Positions 1 through 10,510 of a stretch of 64,000 nucleotides of DNA are shown here, piece by piece. The first letter of the stretch is position 1; each line of letters starts with the position of its first letter. A program made the translations under genes and the position numbers. Source of the DNA: Naegleria gruberi (taxonomy: Eukaryota); the NCBI GenBank assembly GCA_000004985.1, contig GG738880.1. One strand, 5' to 3'. A model generated the notes under the pieces. The model ran no database searches. It saw only the letters and a list, made by a program, of their open reading frames with translations, and was not told the origin of the DNA.

Positions 1-1087
1 GGAGATGCATACACATTTTGAGATGAAGGACTTCTGTACTGAACAGGTGATTGATTATTCGTAGTTCTATATTGCACTGCTTGATTATTTTGTGGACTCT
101 TATTAGCGCTTTGGATTGGGTATTGGCTATAGTTTGTTTGAGGTGGATGTTGACTATAGTTGTTTTGTGGGCTCGAATAATTTTGAGGACTGGAATAATT
201 ATTTTGTGGACTATATCCAGTTTGAGGGGAATAATCATTCTGAGTGTAACTTGGTGGTGATGGTTCTGGTTGATTTAGTGTTCTACTATCAATAGTACTC
301 ATCATAATTGGAGTGATTGCAGTTAGGTCACTATCATTTCTCTTTAGTGGAGGTCTTTGAGATGGAACCTCATTAGAGGATGAAATAGTAGGATTTGGAA
401 CCAATAAGGGAGCCCCACTAACAAAATACTGCTTAAATACAACAAAATTATTGCTTTGAGGAATATAGTCAGAGAGTCCGTAGTGTCTTCTAAGGAAACC
501 AATAAGCTTTGGAGATGGTCTGTCGTAGGCAAATCTTTCAGGAGATGTTTTCTCAAAAGCTAGCATTGCTTCAAAGAGTATTTTACCAATACCTTTCCTT
601 TGCACTGCTTCACTAACGTAAAAATCCAAAACACAAAGTGGTTCAATTTCCTTGAAATCTCCAGTCATACTCTGATAATAATTACTAAATAGTGTAGCGA
701 CGCAATACTTACTCTATAGAATAGCTTTTTTCTTCCTACTTTTAAAATTCCAAATGCCTTATTATCTACACTATAAAGATAGAGATTATTATCATTAAAT
801 TGAATTTTTGATGATGTTGTTATTGCTGTAGGAAGAACTTGGGCCTAAAAATCATCACATAATAATAAATATCAATTAGTGTTGCCAATAAAACTAACCT
901 TTGCCGATGCATCACCCATTCTATCAATAACAGAGCAAATTACATTGTAATATTCCGCCTTTTTAGATTTAAGCAATGTAAGGGTTGTTTTGTTCCACAA
1001 TGAAATACAAGGATCATCTATATTGTTGTTGGGATTCAAAGTAAACGCCTTTGAGATACGTTGGATGTTGTGATGACCAAAATCCAT
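1..1087 (-). CDS. ATAT1: alpha-tubulin N-acetyltransferase (aTAT1/MEC-17 family); 3' end runs off the window start
   Basis: Minus-strand exons at 899..1087 ([13 protein letters not shown]...[11 protein letters not shown]), 713..844 ([10 protein letters not shown]...[13 protein letters not shown]) and <1..671 ([79 protein letters not shown]), followed by a long S/P/Q/N-rich tail. Introns at 845..898 (GTTAGT..AG) and 672..712 (GTAAGT..AG). The motifs DFYV.E..QR.G.G..LF, AYDRPS.KL..FL.KHY and NNFVVF are diagnostic of the MEC-17/aTAT1 family. Confidence 0.85.
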
Positions 1088-1603
1088 CTTGATGCTTGTT
1101 TTTAATACAATATGAAGTTGCGCCTTTTTTTAGACGAGAAAGTACAATTTTCTGTTGGCGCGCTTTCAAGTACATTTACACCAATTAGGTTGTTGAGGGT
1201 GGACAAAGTTGCCATTAATGGATGCCTTATGTGTTCATATCACCACAAACTGAAGTGGAATTTAATTTTAAAATCACCTCAACACCTGAAACAATACTAG
1301 GTATTTTTTACTTCCTTATTAAGCAAAATAACATGCAGCAACCACAATGTTATTGTTTAAAAAACAGACTCTCTGGTGGTTAGATCCTAAATGGAATTAT
1401 TGGCCATATGTGAAAATAATTCAAATTGGAATTATAAATTCAACAGCAATATTTGAAACTTTAAGTTTCTTGCTCATATTGCAACCTGAAGTTTCCATTT
1501 GTTTCCACCTTCTTTGGCTTTATCAATATCTCCAAATGAATTAAAGCAATCAATATATTTGTTTTCATCACAAACGAAATACATTCTTAAATATAATTCA
1601 AAA

Positions 1604-1942
1604 TTATTTTTGTGGCCTACTGGTAGTATTTTCCTGATTGTTATTGTTTGAATTATCATCATTTGATACCTCTTCATCCTCCCATTGATTTAATAAATTT
1701 TGGGCGATGAGAGACACTGCTTCGGGATGCAAATATCTTGGATAATAAAAAAACATTTGATATGGCTCGTTTCTCTCCTTCTCCTTTCTAATGTTTTCTT
1801 CAATTTTTAAAGCTTTTTCGGATGATGACTCTTCCTCATTTGTAATATCATTATTATTGGTTTTATTCGATGTGGACGAATTGTTCTCCTCTGGTTCAAG
1901 CGAATAATCAGAGATATTGCTCCTAAAGTTGAGTTTGTTCAT
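1604..1942 (-). CDS. hypothetical small acidic protein
   Basis: ORF 1604..1972; the first ATG gives MNKLNFRS...; segment PYQMFFYYPRYLHPEAVSLIAQNLLNQWEDEE has no homology I can recognise; could be spurious. Confidence 0.25.
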   Translation of the reverse strand: MNKLNFRSNISDYSLEPEENNSSTSNKTNNNDITNEEESSSEKALKIEENIRKEKERNEPYQMFFYYPRYLHPEAVSLIAQNLLNQWEDEEVSNDDNSNNNNQENTTSRPQK

Positions 1943-2242
1943 TTTTTCTCTCTTTGCCGGAGTCCTTTTCAATTACAAACGTTTGATAGACTTGTTGTGA
2001 TACTGCTGTCATTCAAAGTATTCAATCAAGGTTCAAAGCCTGAAGGAGTGAGTAATTCAATAGCCAAATCAAAAACATCCTCCTTAATCCCATAATGAGA
2101 ACTCTTTTTGCTGACCGCACAATTTTATCTGCCTTTACCAGATCTATATTAATAAAAGCTAACCAATTTAGATTCTTCTCCATCCTTGCTCAATTCAGGT
2201 CCAAAAAAACATAACCATCTCTCATATCGAGAATAGAAAAAA

Positions 2243-3688
2243 ATGCAAGTCCCATCATCTTCGACTGCTGGTAATGGAGGTGGAAATAATCATCAACAAC
2301 AACCACTCAATAATGGTGTTAGTGAAACAACAATAGCAAACGCTAAACAACCTTATGTTCATCATTTTAGGATTGCAAAGAAGAAAACAACACTAGAATT
2401 CAAGATGGTTGATGCAAAGGATATCAGAAAGAATATGTATGGAGCACAAAACAGATTAAATCATCAACAACAAGAATTACTACTGAATTCTTTTACTGCT
2501 TCATCAGATATGAATGTATCACCTAATGATCAAATATCAACATCACAACAACAACATTTGACATTACCAGATAATTCTTCATCACCCCAAAACGCAACAA
2601 CATCACAACAACAACATTTTAATCACGACAAATCAAGAAAACCAAGAGCCCCGAGTCTATTTTCAACAAATAGTAAAATTACAAAGAAGCAACAAGCTAA
2701 TAGAAGAAACTCTACTATTATGATATCAGATCCAACTGGTTTTCTCCAACAAGTTTCTCCTACGAATAATAACTATCATCAAGATACAAACAGCTTTTCA
2801 CAATCATCTAGTGTTTTTGTTTCATCTAATAAGAATGTACATCCGGTAAATAACAACAGAAGAAAATCGACAACATCCCTATCAACAAATGAAACTTCTG
2901 CAATTTTCCCACCAACCACTACTAATACAACCACTACTAATCATCCGCAACATTCTCACTCACCTATTTATAATAATACCATCAACTCTCCTCCTTCAAC
3001 ACCTTCCCAACAACAAACGGCACCAACTTCATATTTTACTACAGGTTTTTCATTCGGCAATTCCCAAAAAGATGAATACACACCACCTATGGCTAATACT
3101 TTAACAAGTGGATTTTCTAACTTTAAAAATTCTAATGAAACAAACAGTTTTCAAGACAATTTATATGGAGATGCTTATGTAAGCACTTTAACACCTGAGC
3201 AGAGACGTTATTTAATGCAAGGAGCAAGAAGAACTTTTGCAACTCTTCCAAGTATTGAGGAAATGACTAGGTATGATGAAATGAGAAGAAATTCTATTGA
3301 GGAACTTACTCAAAACTTCTCACAAGTTTCAACATCGGAATCACCAAATAATAATAATAATAATAGCAATAACAATAATCAAAGAAGGCCAAGTACCGAT
3401 TCTCAAAATATGTTGGTTATTTCTGAAAATTTCAGAAATGATCAAAGATTCAGAAGGAGACAAACTTATGCATTTGATACAGAACATTTCTCTAGTTATG
3501 ATAACAGTTGCTTAGAATCATTTAACTTCCCTTGCAAACCTCCAACAAATTTTCAACCCCCTAATTCCACACCAAATAATCATCCTCAATCGAATGGCTC
3601 AGGCTCATCCTATCCCAATAATAATTCTTCTGCAGATAATAACCACCCTTACTACCTTCCTCCATTATCCAAATTAATACACGAATAA
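2243..3688 (+). CDS. hypothetical Q/N/S/T-rich low-complexity protein
   Basis: Uninterrupted 481-codon ORF that begins with ATG; composition is biased toward poly-N, poly-Q and S/T runs; no recognisable domain. Confidence 0.5.
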   Translation: MQVPSSSTAGNGGGNNHQQQPLNNGVSETTIANAKQPYVHHFRIAKKKTTLEFKMVDAKDIRKNMYGAQNRLNHQQQELLLNSFTASSDMNVSPNDQISTSQQQHLTLPDNSSSPQNATTSQQQHFNHDKSRKPRAPSLFSTNSKITKKQQANRRNSTIMISDPTGFLQQVSPTNNNYHQDTNSFSQSSSVFVSSNKNVHPVNNNRRKSTTSLSTNETSAIFPPTTTNTTTTNHPQHSHSPIYNNTINSPPSTPSQQQTAPTSYFTTGFSFGNSQKDEYTPPMANTLTSGFSNFKNSNETNSFQDNLYGDAYVSTLTPEQRRYLMQGARRTFATLPSIEEMTRYDEMRRNSIEELTQNFSQVSTSESPNNNNNNSNNNNQRRPSTDSQNMLVISENFRNDQRFRRRQTYAFDTEHFSSYDNSCLESFNFPCKPPTNFQPPNSTPNNHPQSNGSGSSYPNNNSSADNNHPYYLPPLSKLIHE

Positions 3689-3740
3689 TATTTCTTTTTG
3701 AAAATACTAAAATAATGTCAATTTGTTTGAATTGAAAAAA

Positions 3741-5354
3741 ATGAACACTTTGTGGAGACGATTGTCTATCCTGAATAAATCCTCTAAAATACTAAAATCA
3801 TCTTCATCATCAGCAACTTTAGTAAAATTAAATTCGGGAAGGAATAATTTTAGTACATCATCCAACAAAATTCTCTCAACACAACAAAATAATGATAATA
3901 ATTATACAGTTTTAAGTGTGGATACATCGGGACTTGTTCAAGAGACTTACGATAGTACAATAGTCAAAGAACATGAAACTCCAATGGTAAAACATTTAAA
4001 AAACAAAATTAAAGGAGCAGGACCAATTTCCGTATCAACATTTATTCAAGAAACATTATTGAATCCAATTTATGGTTATTATTACACTGCAAAGAAAACA
4101 TCATTGGACAATTCAAAACAAAATGTGATCGGAAGAGAGGGTGATTTCGTTACTTCACCAGAAATTTCTTCAGTATTCAGTGAAATGATTGGATTGTGGT
4201 GTGTAGATATGTGGACAAAATTAGGAAAGCCAAAGCAAATAGAACTTGTTGAATTAGGTCCTGGTAAAGGTACTTTAATGCACGATTTATTGGATAGTTT
4301 AGTTCAATCTAAAAATTCACCAACTATTGATGCTTTCAGACAATCTGTAAAGAAAGTTACAATGTGTGAAGCTTCAGAGGCTTTAAAGGAGGTACAAAAG
4401 GACAAACTCAAGTCATTTACAGAAACACACGAATTTAATTGGATTGACAGATTTGACAAGTATTCTGACTTTGATAGTAATATGCCTGTACTAATTATTG
4501 CTCATGAATTCTTTGATGCCTTACCTGTATATCATTTTGAGGTGAGTTTTAATTGAGAAGTTGAAAATTTAATTTTGGAATAGTACACTGAAAGAGGTTG
4601 GATGGAAGTATTGGTTGATATTGATGATGCAAAGGATTCACCACATCATTTCAAGTTTGTATTATCACCAGGACCAACAATGGCAACAGCATTTGTTAAC
4701 TTGGTTGAAGGAAAGAAGGATGTTGGTTCTATCAGAGAAGTTTGTGCAATGGGTATTGGATATGTTGAAAAAATTGGTGAAATTTTGAACAATAGAAAAG
4801 GTGGTTCATTAATTATTGACTACGGAAATGATTATCCTATGGGATTCACCCTTCAGGGTATTTATCAACACAGGTTTACTGAAACTCCTTTGGAAAAGCC
4901 AGGTGAAGTTGACTTGTCTACTTTTGTTGATTTTTCAAGTTTGAGGAAGGCAGTTGAAAAATTCAAAAATGTTAAGGTTTATGGACCTCAATACCAAGCA
5001 GACTTTTTACATCAAATGGGAATGGATGCAAGATTTGCCAAATTACTTCAAAATCCAAAACTTTCTCCTGAACAAGTTACATCAATGATAACAGCTTATG
5101 AAAGATTAACACACCCAACTGAAATGGGTCATCACTACAAGGCCATGGCTCTTGCCCATTTACCATCCAACAAGCTCACAGCCACAGGTTTCGATATTAA
5201 TCTCATTCCAAAGAGGGAAGCAACCCCAAACATGAAATCCCAAAGAGTTGCCCCAACACCAACCATTATTCATGGTAATAAGGAGGGTGAAACATCTAGA
5301 ATCAAACCATCTGATAAGAAAACTGTTCCAGCTGATGTTGGTATGTTCATATAA
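3741..5354 (+). CDS. NDUFAF7: NDUFAF7/MidA-family protein arginine methyltransferase (complex I assembly factor 7), mitochondrial
   Basis: Two exons, 3741..4541 and 4584..5354, joined by a 42-nt intron (GTGAGT..TAG). ELGPGKGTLMHDLL, FVTSPEISSVFSEMIG and [16 protein letters not shown]...YTERGWMEVLVDID align with human NDUFAF7 ([28 protein letters not shown]). Confidence 0.85.
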
Positions 5355-5608
5355 ATCAATGACTTTACAAAATTCATCCAAATATGTTAATTTCTGTATG
5401 CCATTCAATTTTGGTCATAATATTGTGCTCTGCAGTTTCTCAATGATCTCACAACTAAGCAAACAACAAACATATCATGTGAACATCTAGCTGTTGCATT
5501 CCGAAGCATATCTATCCGTTTTAATGTCCTAATATTGTTGATCTTGATTTCTTTCATGCTTTGTTCATCTCTATGGAAATTTTCCTTCCCTAACCAAAAC
5601 AAAAGAAA

Positions 5609-5830
5609 ATGTCCTCAGCAGCCAAATCAACAACAACCTCACCAAGCACTGCCACTCTTCCACAAAAGAAGGAAAGAACTGGAGCTGGTCCACAATCAAT
5701 GTGGTATAAATCCTTTATAGTATTTATCTGGTATTTCGGATCATCAGTTGGATTTGTTGGATTGTTTGCATTGTTAGCCTATTATTATGAACATTATTAC
5801 TCGAAGGGAATTGTCAATCCATTCGAATAA
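5609..5830 (+). CDS. small single-pass (tail-anchored type) membrane protein, SERP/RAMP4- or Sec61-beta-like
   Basis: 73 aa: polar K/S/T-rich N-terminus, GP...MWYKSF, then one hydrophobic helix FIVFIWYFGSSVGFVGLFALLAYYY; the layout resembles RAMP4/Sec61beta, but similarity is weak. Confidence 0.35.
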   Translation: MSSAAKSTTTSPSTATLPQKKERTGAGPQSMWYKSFIVFIWYFGSSVGFVGLFALLAYYYEHYYSKGIVNPFE

Positions 5831-6156
5831 ACACCATCCATCATCATTAAATAATTTTCCCTTTATCACCTAATTCCTTCTCTTCTGTAATAGTATGGAT
5901 CATCTTTAACGGTGATCAACAAATTCAAATTAAATAATTAATTTTGTAATTAATAAAGTCTTGATACTACATTCCGTTTTGATATTGAAAAAATTAGCAG
6001 TAAACACAATTACTACTACTCTCATCATTACAGAAATCATCAATTAGATATTTTGTGAATTTGAAATAATTTTCGTATCGATTTGAAATTGCACAAAATC
6101 CTTCAAATTCAAACTGGATACACTGGTGTGAAAACAGAAACAAAAAAACAAACAAA

Positions 6157-6840
6157 ATGGAAATCACAAAGATTAATGATTATATTTTCAAAATTTCTAA
6201 TCAAAAGAGACAAACAAATGAGACTGATGTTTCTTTCGAGTGGTTCATCTTGAGAATGGATTATTCGAGTGCAGAGACAGATGGCTTGATTTATTTTGAC
6301 TTTCTCGTGAGAAATCAAACATTCCTCAAAGTACACCTTCCTCACTATCCGAATGAGGCCTATGAAAACTTGAGCTGGAGTGTGAATAGAATGAAAAGAT
6401 TATCCTCAGCTCACAATTACTTTGTTCTTGTCAAGAGTGAACAAACACCTTCCTATATTGAAAAGGTAAATCAATCAGAACCTGTGTTTGAATTCTTGAA
6501 GGATAAACTCACTATTGGAGTTTGTGGAGGGTTTACTGGTGGTAAGACAGAGTTTGATTTAATGGAGGTGGGTTATGCTCTCGATGAAAAGTTTCAATCT
6601 CATGGTATTGTTTCCAATACTTTAAAATTCATTATTGAGAAGGCCTTTAAAGAAGTTTCCTCCCTAAATCTCATCAAGCTCGTATGTAATGACTATAATG
6701 TGAAGAGTGCAGCTGTTGGAAAGAGACTGGGTTTTACATTCAATGAGGAAGAATCTGAAAAGGCAAGTAAGGAAGATAATGTAGCTCTCCATTGTTTCAC
6801 AATGACCAGAGAAGAAGCAACCAAACTCTTCCAATTGTGA
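6157..6840 (+). CDS. GNAT-family N-acetyltransferase (RimJ/RimL-like)
   Basis: 227-aa ORF; C-terminal block VGYALDEKFQSHGIVSNTLKFIIEKAFKEVSSLNLIKLVCNDYNVKSAAVGKRLGF matches the GNAT acetyl-CoA binding motifs A and B. Confidence 0.7.
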   Translation: MEITKINDYIFKISNQKRQTNETDVSFEWFILRMDYSSAETDGLIYFDFLVRNQTFLKVHLPHYPNEAYENLSWSVNRMKRLSSAHNYFVLVKSEQTPSYIEKVNQSEPVFEFLKDKLTIGVCGGFTGGKTEFDLMEVGYALDEKFQSHGIVSNTLKFIIEKAFKEVSSLNLIKLVCNDYNVKSAAVGKRLGFTFNEEESEKASKEDNVALHCFTMTREEATKLFQL

Positions 6841-6936
6841 AAGCAATATTTTCTAATGAAAGCATTAAACAAGGCCATTATTAAATTTTCCTAAATTTCC
6901 CGCCTTGGAGAATCGTTACATAATTTTTTAAAAAAA

Positions 6937-8034
6937 ATGCAAAGATTTCTCGCTCGAATGATTGGTGCTCATGATGAAACTCCAGAACATCACACACCAA
7001 TGTCCAGTGCCTCTGAGATGAGTGACCACTTCTCACCAGATTTTAACTCCTTCCTCGATACCGTTCCTTCCATAAATTCCAAACATTCTGATTCATCAAC
7101 TGCTGCCTATCCCATCACATCGAAACAGAACCAATTGGTTGTGAATATAGGATCTGTTCCATCATCGAATATACAATCATCGACCACTGCAGCTGTTGCT
7201 CCAATCAGCATTGGTACCAAACTCTTTGACTCGAATGTGAATGTTATGCAACCATCCGATTTGGAATGTCCATCAAACTTGAGAACAGGAGCTTTTACCT
7301 TTGATCCATCTTCATCAATTGTTAGACCTGCTGCTGGAGTGGCCACTGTTCAAACTGATGATCTTTCCAAGCTATTGGCTCAACATTCTAATAGTCTAGT
7401 ACACAATCAAACAACTTTGGAAACAGCCATAACACCAAAGAGAAATTCACACAATTTGGATTCTTTATTATTGGATAGTGAAGATTCAATATCTCAATTT
7501 AGTGTGCAAAGTAGTTGTAATAGTGAAATGACAAGATCTACCAAAAGTAAAATGTCAACTAAGAGTATTCCAAAAACTCCACTTGGCACTTCATCAACAC
7601 GTAAAAGAGAATATTTGGCACTCACTAATAACTTTAATTCATTCTATAATGGCATGATTGAGAATCAAAATACTATTCTAAATGCACTTTCTGAAAAGAA
7701 TCAAGAAATCATCTCTGAAATTGCTCAATCGAGTCAATCCATTAATGATATGGGATTTAAGATTAATGATTTTGTTGCTCAACAAGTTGGTTGTTTGAAA
7801 TTGGATTTGGAAAGGGAAATTTCTCAATTACAATCCATGAATAATCAAGTATTACAACAATTAATTACCAATCAAACTCAACTCATTTCACAAATTCAAT
7901 CCCTTAATCAAACTGCACAAACTAACCAAGAAGAAAACAAAAACTTGAAACTCATGCTCTCTGGATCCATCACTATTGCCATTATTGGATTTTTGGCACA
8001 ATTTATTGTGAATAAATCTTCAAAGAGTTTGTAA
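6937..8034 (+). CDS. hypothetical tail-anchored coiled-coil protein (SNARE-like layout)
   Basis: S/T-rich N-terminal half, heptad-rich Q/N/L coiled coil, and a single C-terminal TM helix ITIAIIGFLAQFIV with a short tail. Confidence 0.5.
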   Translation: MQRFLARMIGAHDETPEHHTPMSSASEMSDHFSPDFNSFLDTVPSINSKHSDSSTAAYPITSKQNQLVVNIGSVPSSNIQSSTTAAVAPISIGTKLFDSNVNVMQPSDLECPSNLRTGAFTFDPSSSIVRPAAGVATVQTDDLSKLLAQHSNSLVHNQTTLETAITPKRNSHNLDSLLLDSEDSISQFSVQSSCNSEMTRSTKSKMSTKSIPKTPLGTSSTRKREYLALTNNFNSFYNGMIENQNTILNALSEKNQEIISEIAQSSQSINDMGFKINDFVAQQVGCLKLDLEREISQLQSMNNQVLQQLITNQTQLISQIQSLNQTAQTNQEENKNLKLMLSGSITIAIIGFLAQFIVNKSSKSL

Positions 8035-8106
8035 TTCTTTGAAGCACTTGCACATTGTAATTCAATTTGCTTTGAGAAATAATTTTTATTTAAAATTTAC
8101 AAAAAA

Positions 8107-9280
8107 ATGTTTAAACAAGTGCTTGGTTTCGGAAAGAGGAAAGGTTAATAATAATTCATTGGGAAAAATTGTAGGCTTGAGATGTTTTAGTACAAGAAAT
8201 AATTTACTATCATCAAATCAAAAGAGAATTTTGTTTTTTGGATCGGATTCATTCTCACTGGAAACACTCAAGTTATTACATTCGGAATTTGTAAAAACCA
8301 ATGAAGCTGATTTGTGTGTTCTTTGTCCACCTGATAGAAAGACAATTAGAAGAAATCAAGCCGAATATAAGGAATGTATTGTCAAGAATTATTGCATGGA
8401 AAATAATATTGATTATTTCCATCCGATTGAAACTGAAAAATCACCAGAGGAGAGAAAGAAAATTCAACGATTGGATATTACAGACATTCCGAGAGAGGAA
8501 CGATTATTTGGAGGAAATCAAGACAATTTTACTCCAAGCTTTGATGTTGGAGTGGTTGTGAGTTTCTCTTACTTCCTTCAGAAGGGATTATTGGATCAAT
8601 TTAAAACAAGGGATGGTCAACATTCTACCATATTTAATATTCACCCTAGTTTATTGCCACGTTATAGAGGACCTGCTCCTATTCATCACGCCTTACTGAA
8701 TGGAGATTCAGAGACTGGTGTCACAATTATGGAATTGGATGATAAGGAATTTGATATTGGTAATATTGTAAAGCAACAAAAATTCAACATTGAAAAAACA
8801 GAAACATTTACTCAACTTCATGATAGGTTGGCAGTACGTGGGGCTGAAATGATGATTGATACAATTCGTGCATGTAATTTTGATTTTACAAAAGTACAAA
8901 GAATCAATCAGGAAAATCTCACTAAAACCATTGCTGCCACTAGAGCTAAGAAGGTCAACTTTGCTATAGGTGAAATTTCTCTTAAGGATGAAAACGTATT
9001 TACCATTTACAATAAGTGGAGGGCTTTGGAGAAAATACACGTCCCATTCCAAAACACAAAGATTTTACTGAAACAATTAGATTATCCAGTAATTGATTCT
9101 TCAGAGGATAATACTCCAATAGGAACATTATATATTGATAGCGACAAATCTCTTTCACTCAAATGTGTTGGTGGTAAATTGAAAATCAAAGCTTTACAAA
9201 TGGAAAATAAGAAGGAAATGTCAGCAAATGATTTCATAAACGGAAATAGAGGAAAACTACCAATGAAATTATTGGCTTAA
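8107..9280 (+). CDS. FMT1: methionyl-tRNA formyltransferase, mitochondrial
   Basis: ILFFGSDSFSLETLKLLH, VVSFSYFLQKGLL and FNIHPSLLPRYRGPAPIHHALLNGDSETGVTIMELDDKEFDIGNIV are the Fmt N-terminal signatures; the C-terminal domain follows. The probable start is ATG 8107 (MFKQVLGFGKRK), a presequence-like exon joined through a putative 31-nt micro-intron 8144..8174 to GLRCFSTRNN...; the 5' end is uncertain (the track ORF starts at 8039 with a non-ATG codon). Confidence 0.8.
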
Positions 9281-9301
9281 TTTATAAAATACAGATGTAT
9301 G

Positions 9302-10330
9302 TTACATGATAGAGTTTTTGATAAGATCGCACCTAGCAGACTCAAATTTCATAGTCATTTCAATAAGTTGCTCCTCCCTTTTGAAGAGCTTTGTTTCTAA
9401 ATCTTGTTTGGCAAGCAACAGTTGTTCATACTTATCTTCCAACTCAACATCTCCTACGTGTTTGTTGTTTTCCTGATACAGGTCAAGAAATATCCTAAAG
9501 GAATCATTTTTCTCCTTTTCAAAGTGACTGCTAAGAATTGAATTTTTTGCTTGATCGAGTAATTGATCTTTTGTCACTCGCTGGTGTTCTAATTGACTCA
9601 GTAAGCATTCAACATTATCCTCGGTTTCCTTATTAATCATTTTCAATTTTTCAAACTTTTCTTCTGATGCTTTCAATTTTGCTCTCAACAATTCCAACTC
9701 CTTTTTTAGTACTTGAGTTTCACTACTATTCGGTGATCGAGAGGTTTCTCTTCTAGGTCTCATATCCACACTGTGCGATATTAAACTTTCCATCTTTTCT
9801 TGTTGCTCCCTTATGTCTGATTCTCTCTTCTTGATTATTGTTTTCAACTTTTTCAACTCTTCCTGTGCCGAGAATAAGGACGTGGAGAGAAAAAAGTTTT
9901 CCTCCTTCTGACAATTTAATAGTAATTTCATATTATCCATTTCTCTCCTTAATTTTGAATTATCATCTCGGAGAGTTATAATTTCCTCACTAATTGATCT
10001 TCTCCTTGTTTCAGGTTCCAAAGTATAACCTTCAGATTGTCCCTTCTTAGAAGCCCATTTGTTATTATTCCTAATAGGTGAATTTGATGATCTACTACCA
10101 CTGCTATTAGATGAGGAACGAATGGGAGATGTTTTATAATTCCTGATGGGGCTATTAACTTCTCTTGTTATTGAATTGGGCACGATCTTACCTCGTGGTG
10201 TGCTACTAGGATTTGATGAGTGGGATTGATTGAGAGAGGAATTATTGCCCCGAGCAGATAATGGAGCTCTAGCTATTGCTGATGATGAAGATGATGAGAA
10301 GGAAGAGCTCTCAATGGTTATTCCAATCAT
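9302..10330 (-). CDS. hypothetical coiled-coil protein with an S-rich N-terminus
   Basis: 342-aa ORF with an ATG start; long heptad-repeat region (LKKLKTIIKKRESDIREQQEKMESL...); no recognisable catalytic domain. Confidence 0.5.
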   Translation of the reverse strand: MIGITIESSSFSSSSSSAIARAPLSARGNNSSLNQSHSSNPSSTPRGKIVPNSITREVNSPIRNYKTSPIRSSSNSSGSRSSNSPIRNNNKWASKKGQSEGYTLEPETRRRSISEEIITLRDDNSKLRREMDNMKLLLNCQKEENFFLSTSLFSAQEELKKLKTIIKKRESDIREQQEKMESLISHSVDMRPRRETSRSPNSSETQVLKKELELLRAKLKASEEKFEKLKMINKETEDNVECLLSQLEHQRVTKDQLLDQAKNSILSSHFEKEKNDSFRIFLDLYQENNKHVGDVELEDKYEQLLLAKQDLETKLFKREEQLIEMTMKFESARCDLIKNSIM

Positions 10331-10510
10331 TTTTTAGTTATTTTAAAAAACTAGTCGTTAAGGCGCCCTTTTTTGAAATTAATGTGGCGCTCGTGATCCT
10401 TAATGATTCTTAGTTTTTAGAAAATTTTGAAAACTTAGAAAAGTCAGGATATGAAATTTGCATTTTCTTAATTTCGAAATAAATTTCATCAAATTAATTA
10501 TTAAATAAAA

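Noticed and set aside
51-556. Track ORFs 51..260 (+) and 344..556 (-)
   Set aside because: The true reading frame here is the third minus-strand frame (aTAT1 exon 3 and tail), which the track did not list because it runs off the window without a start.
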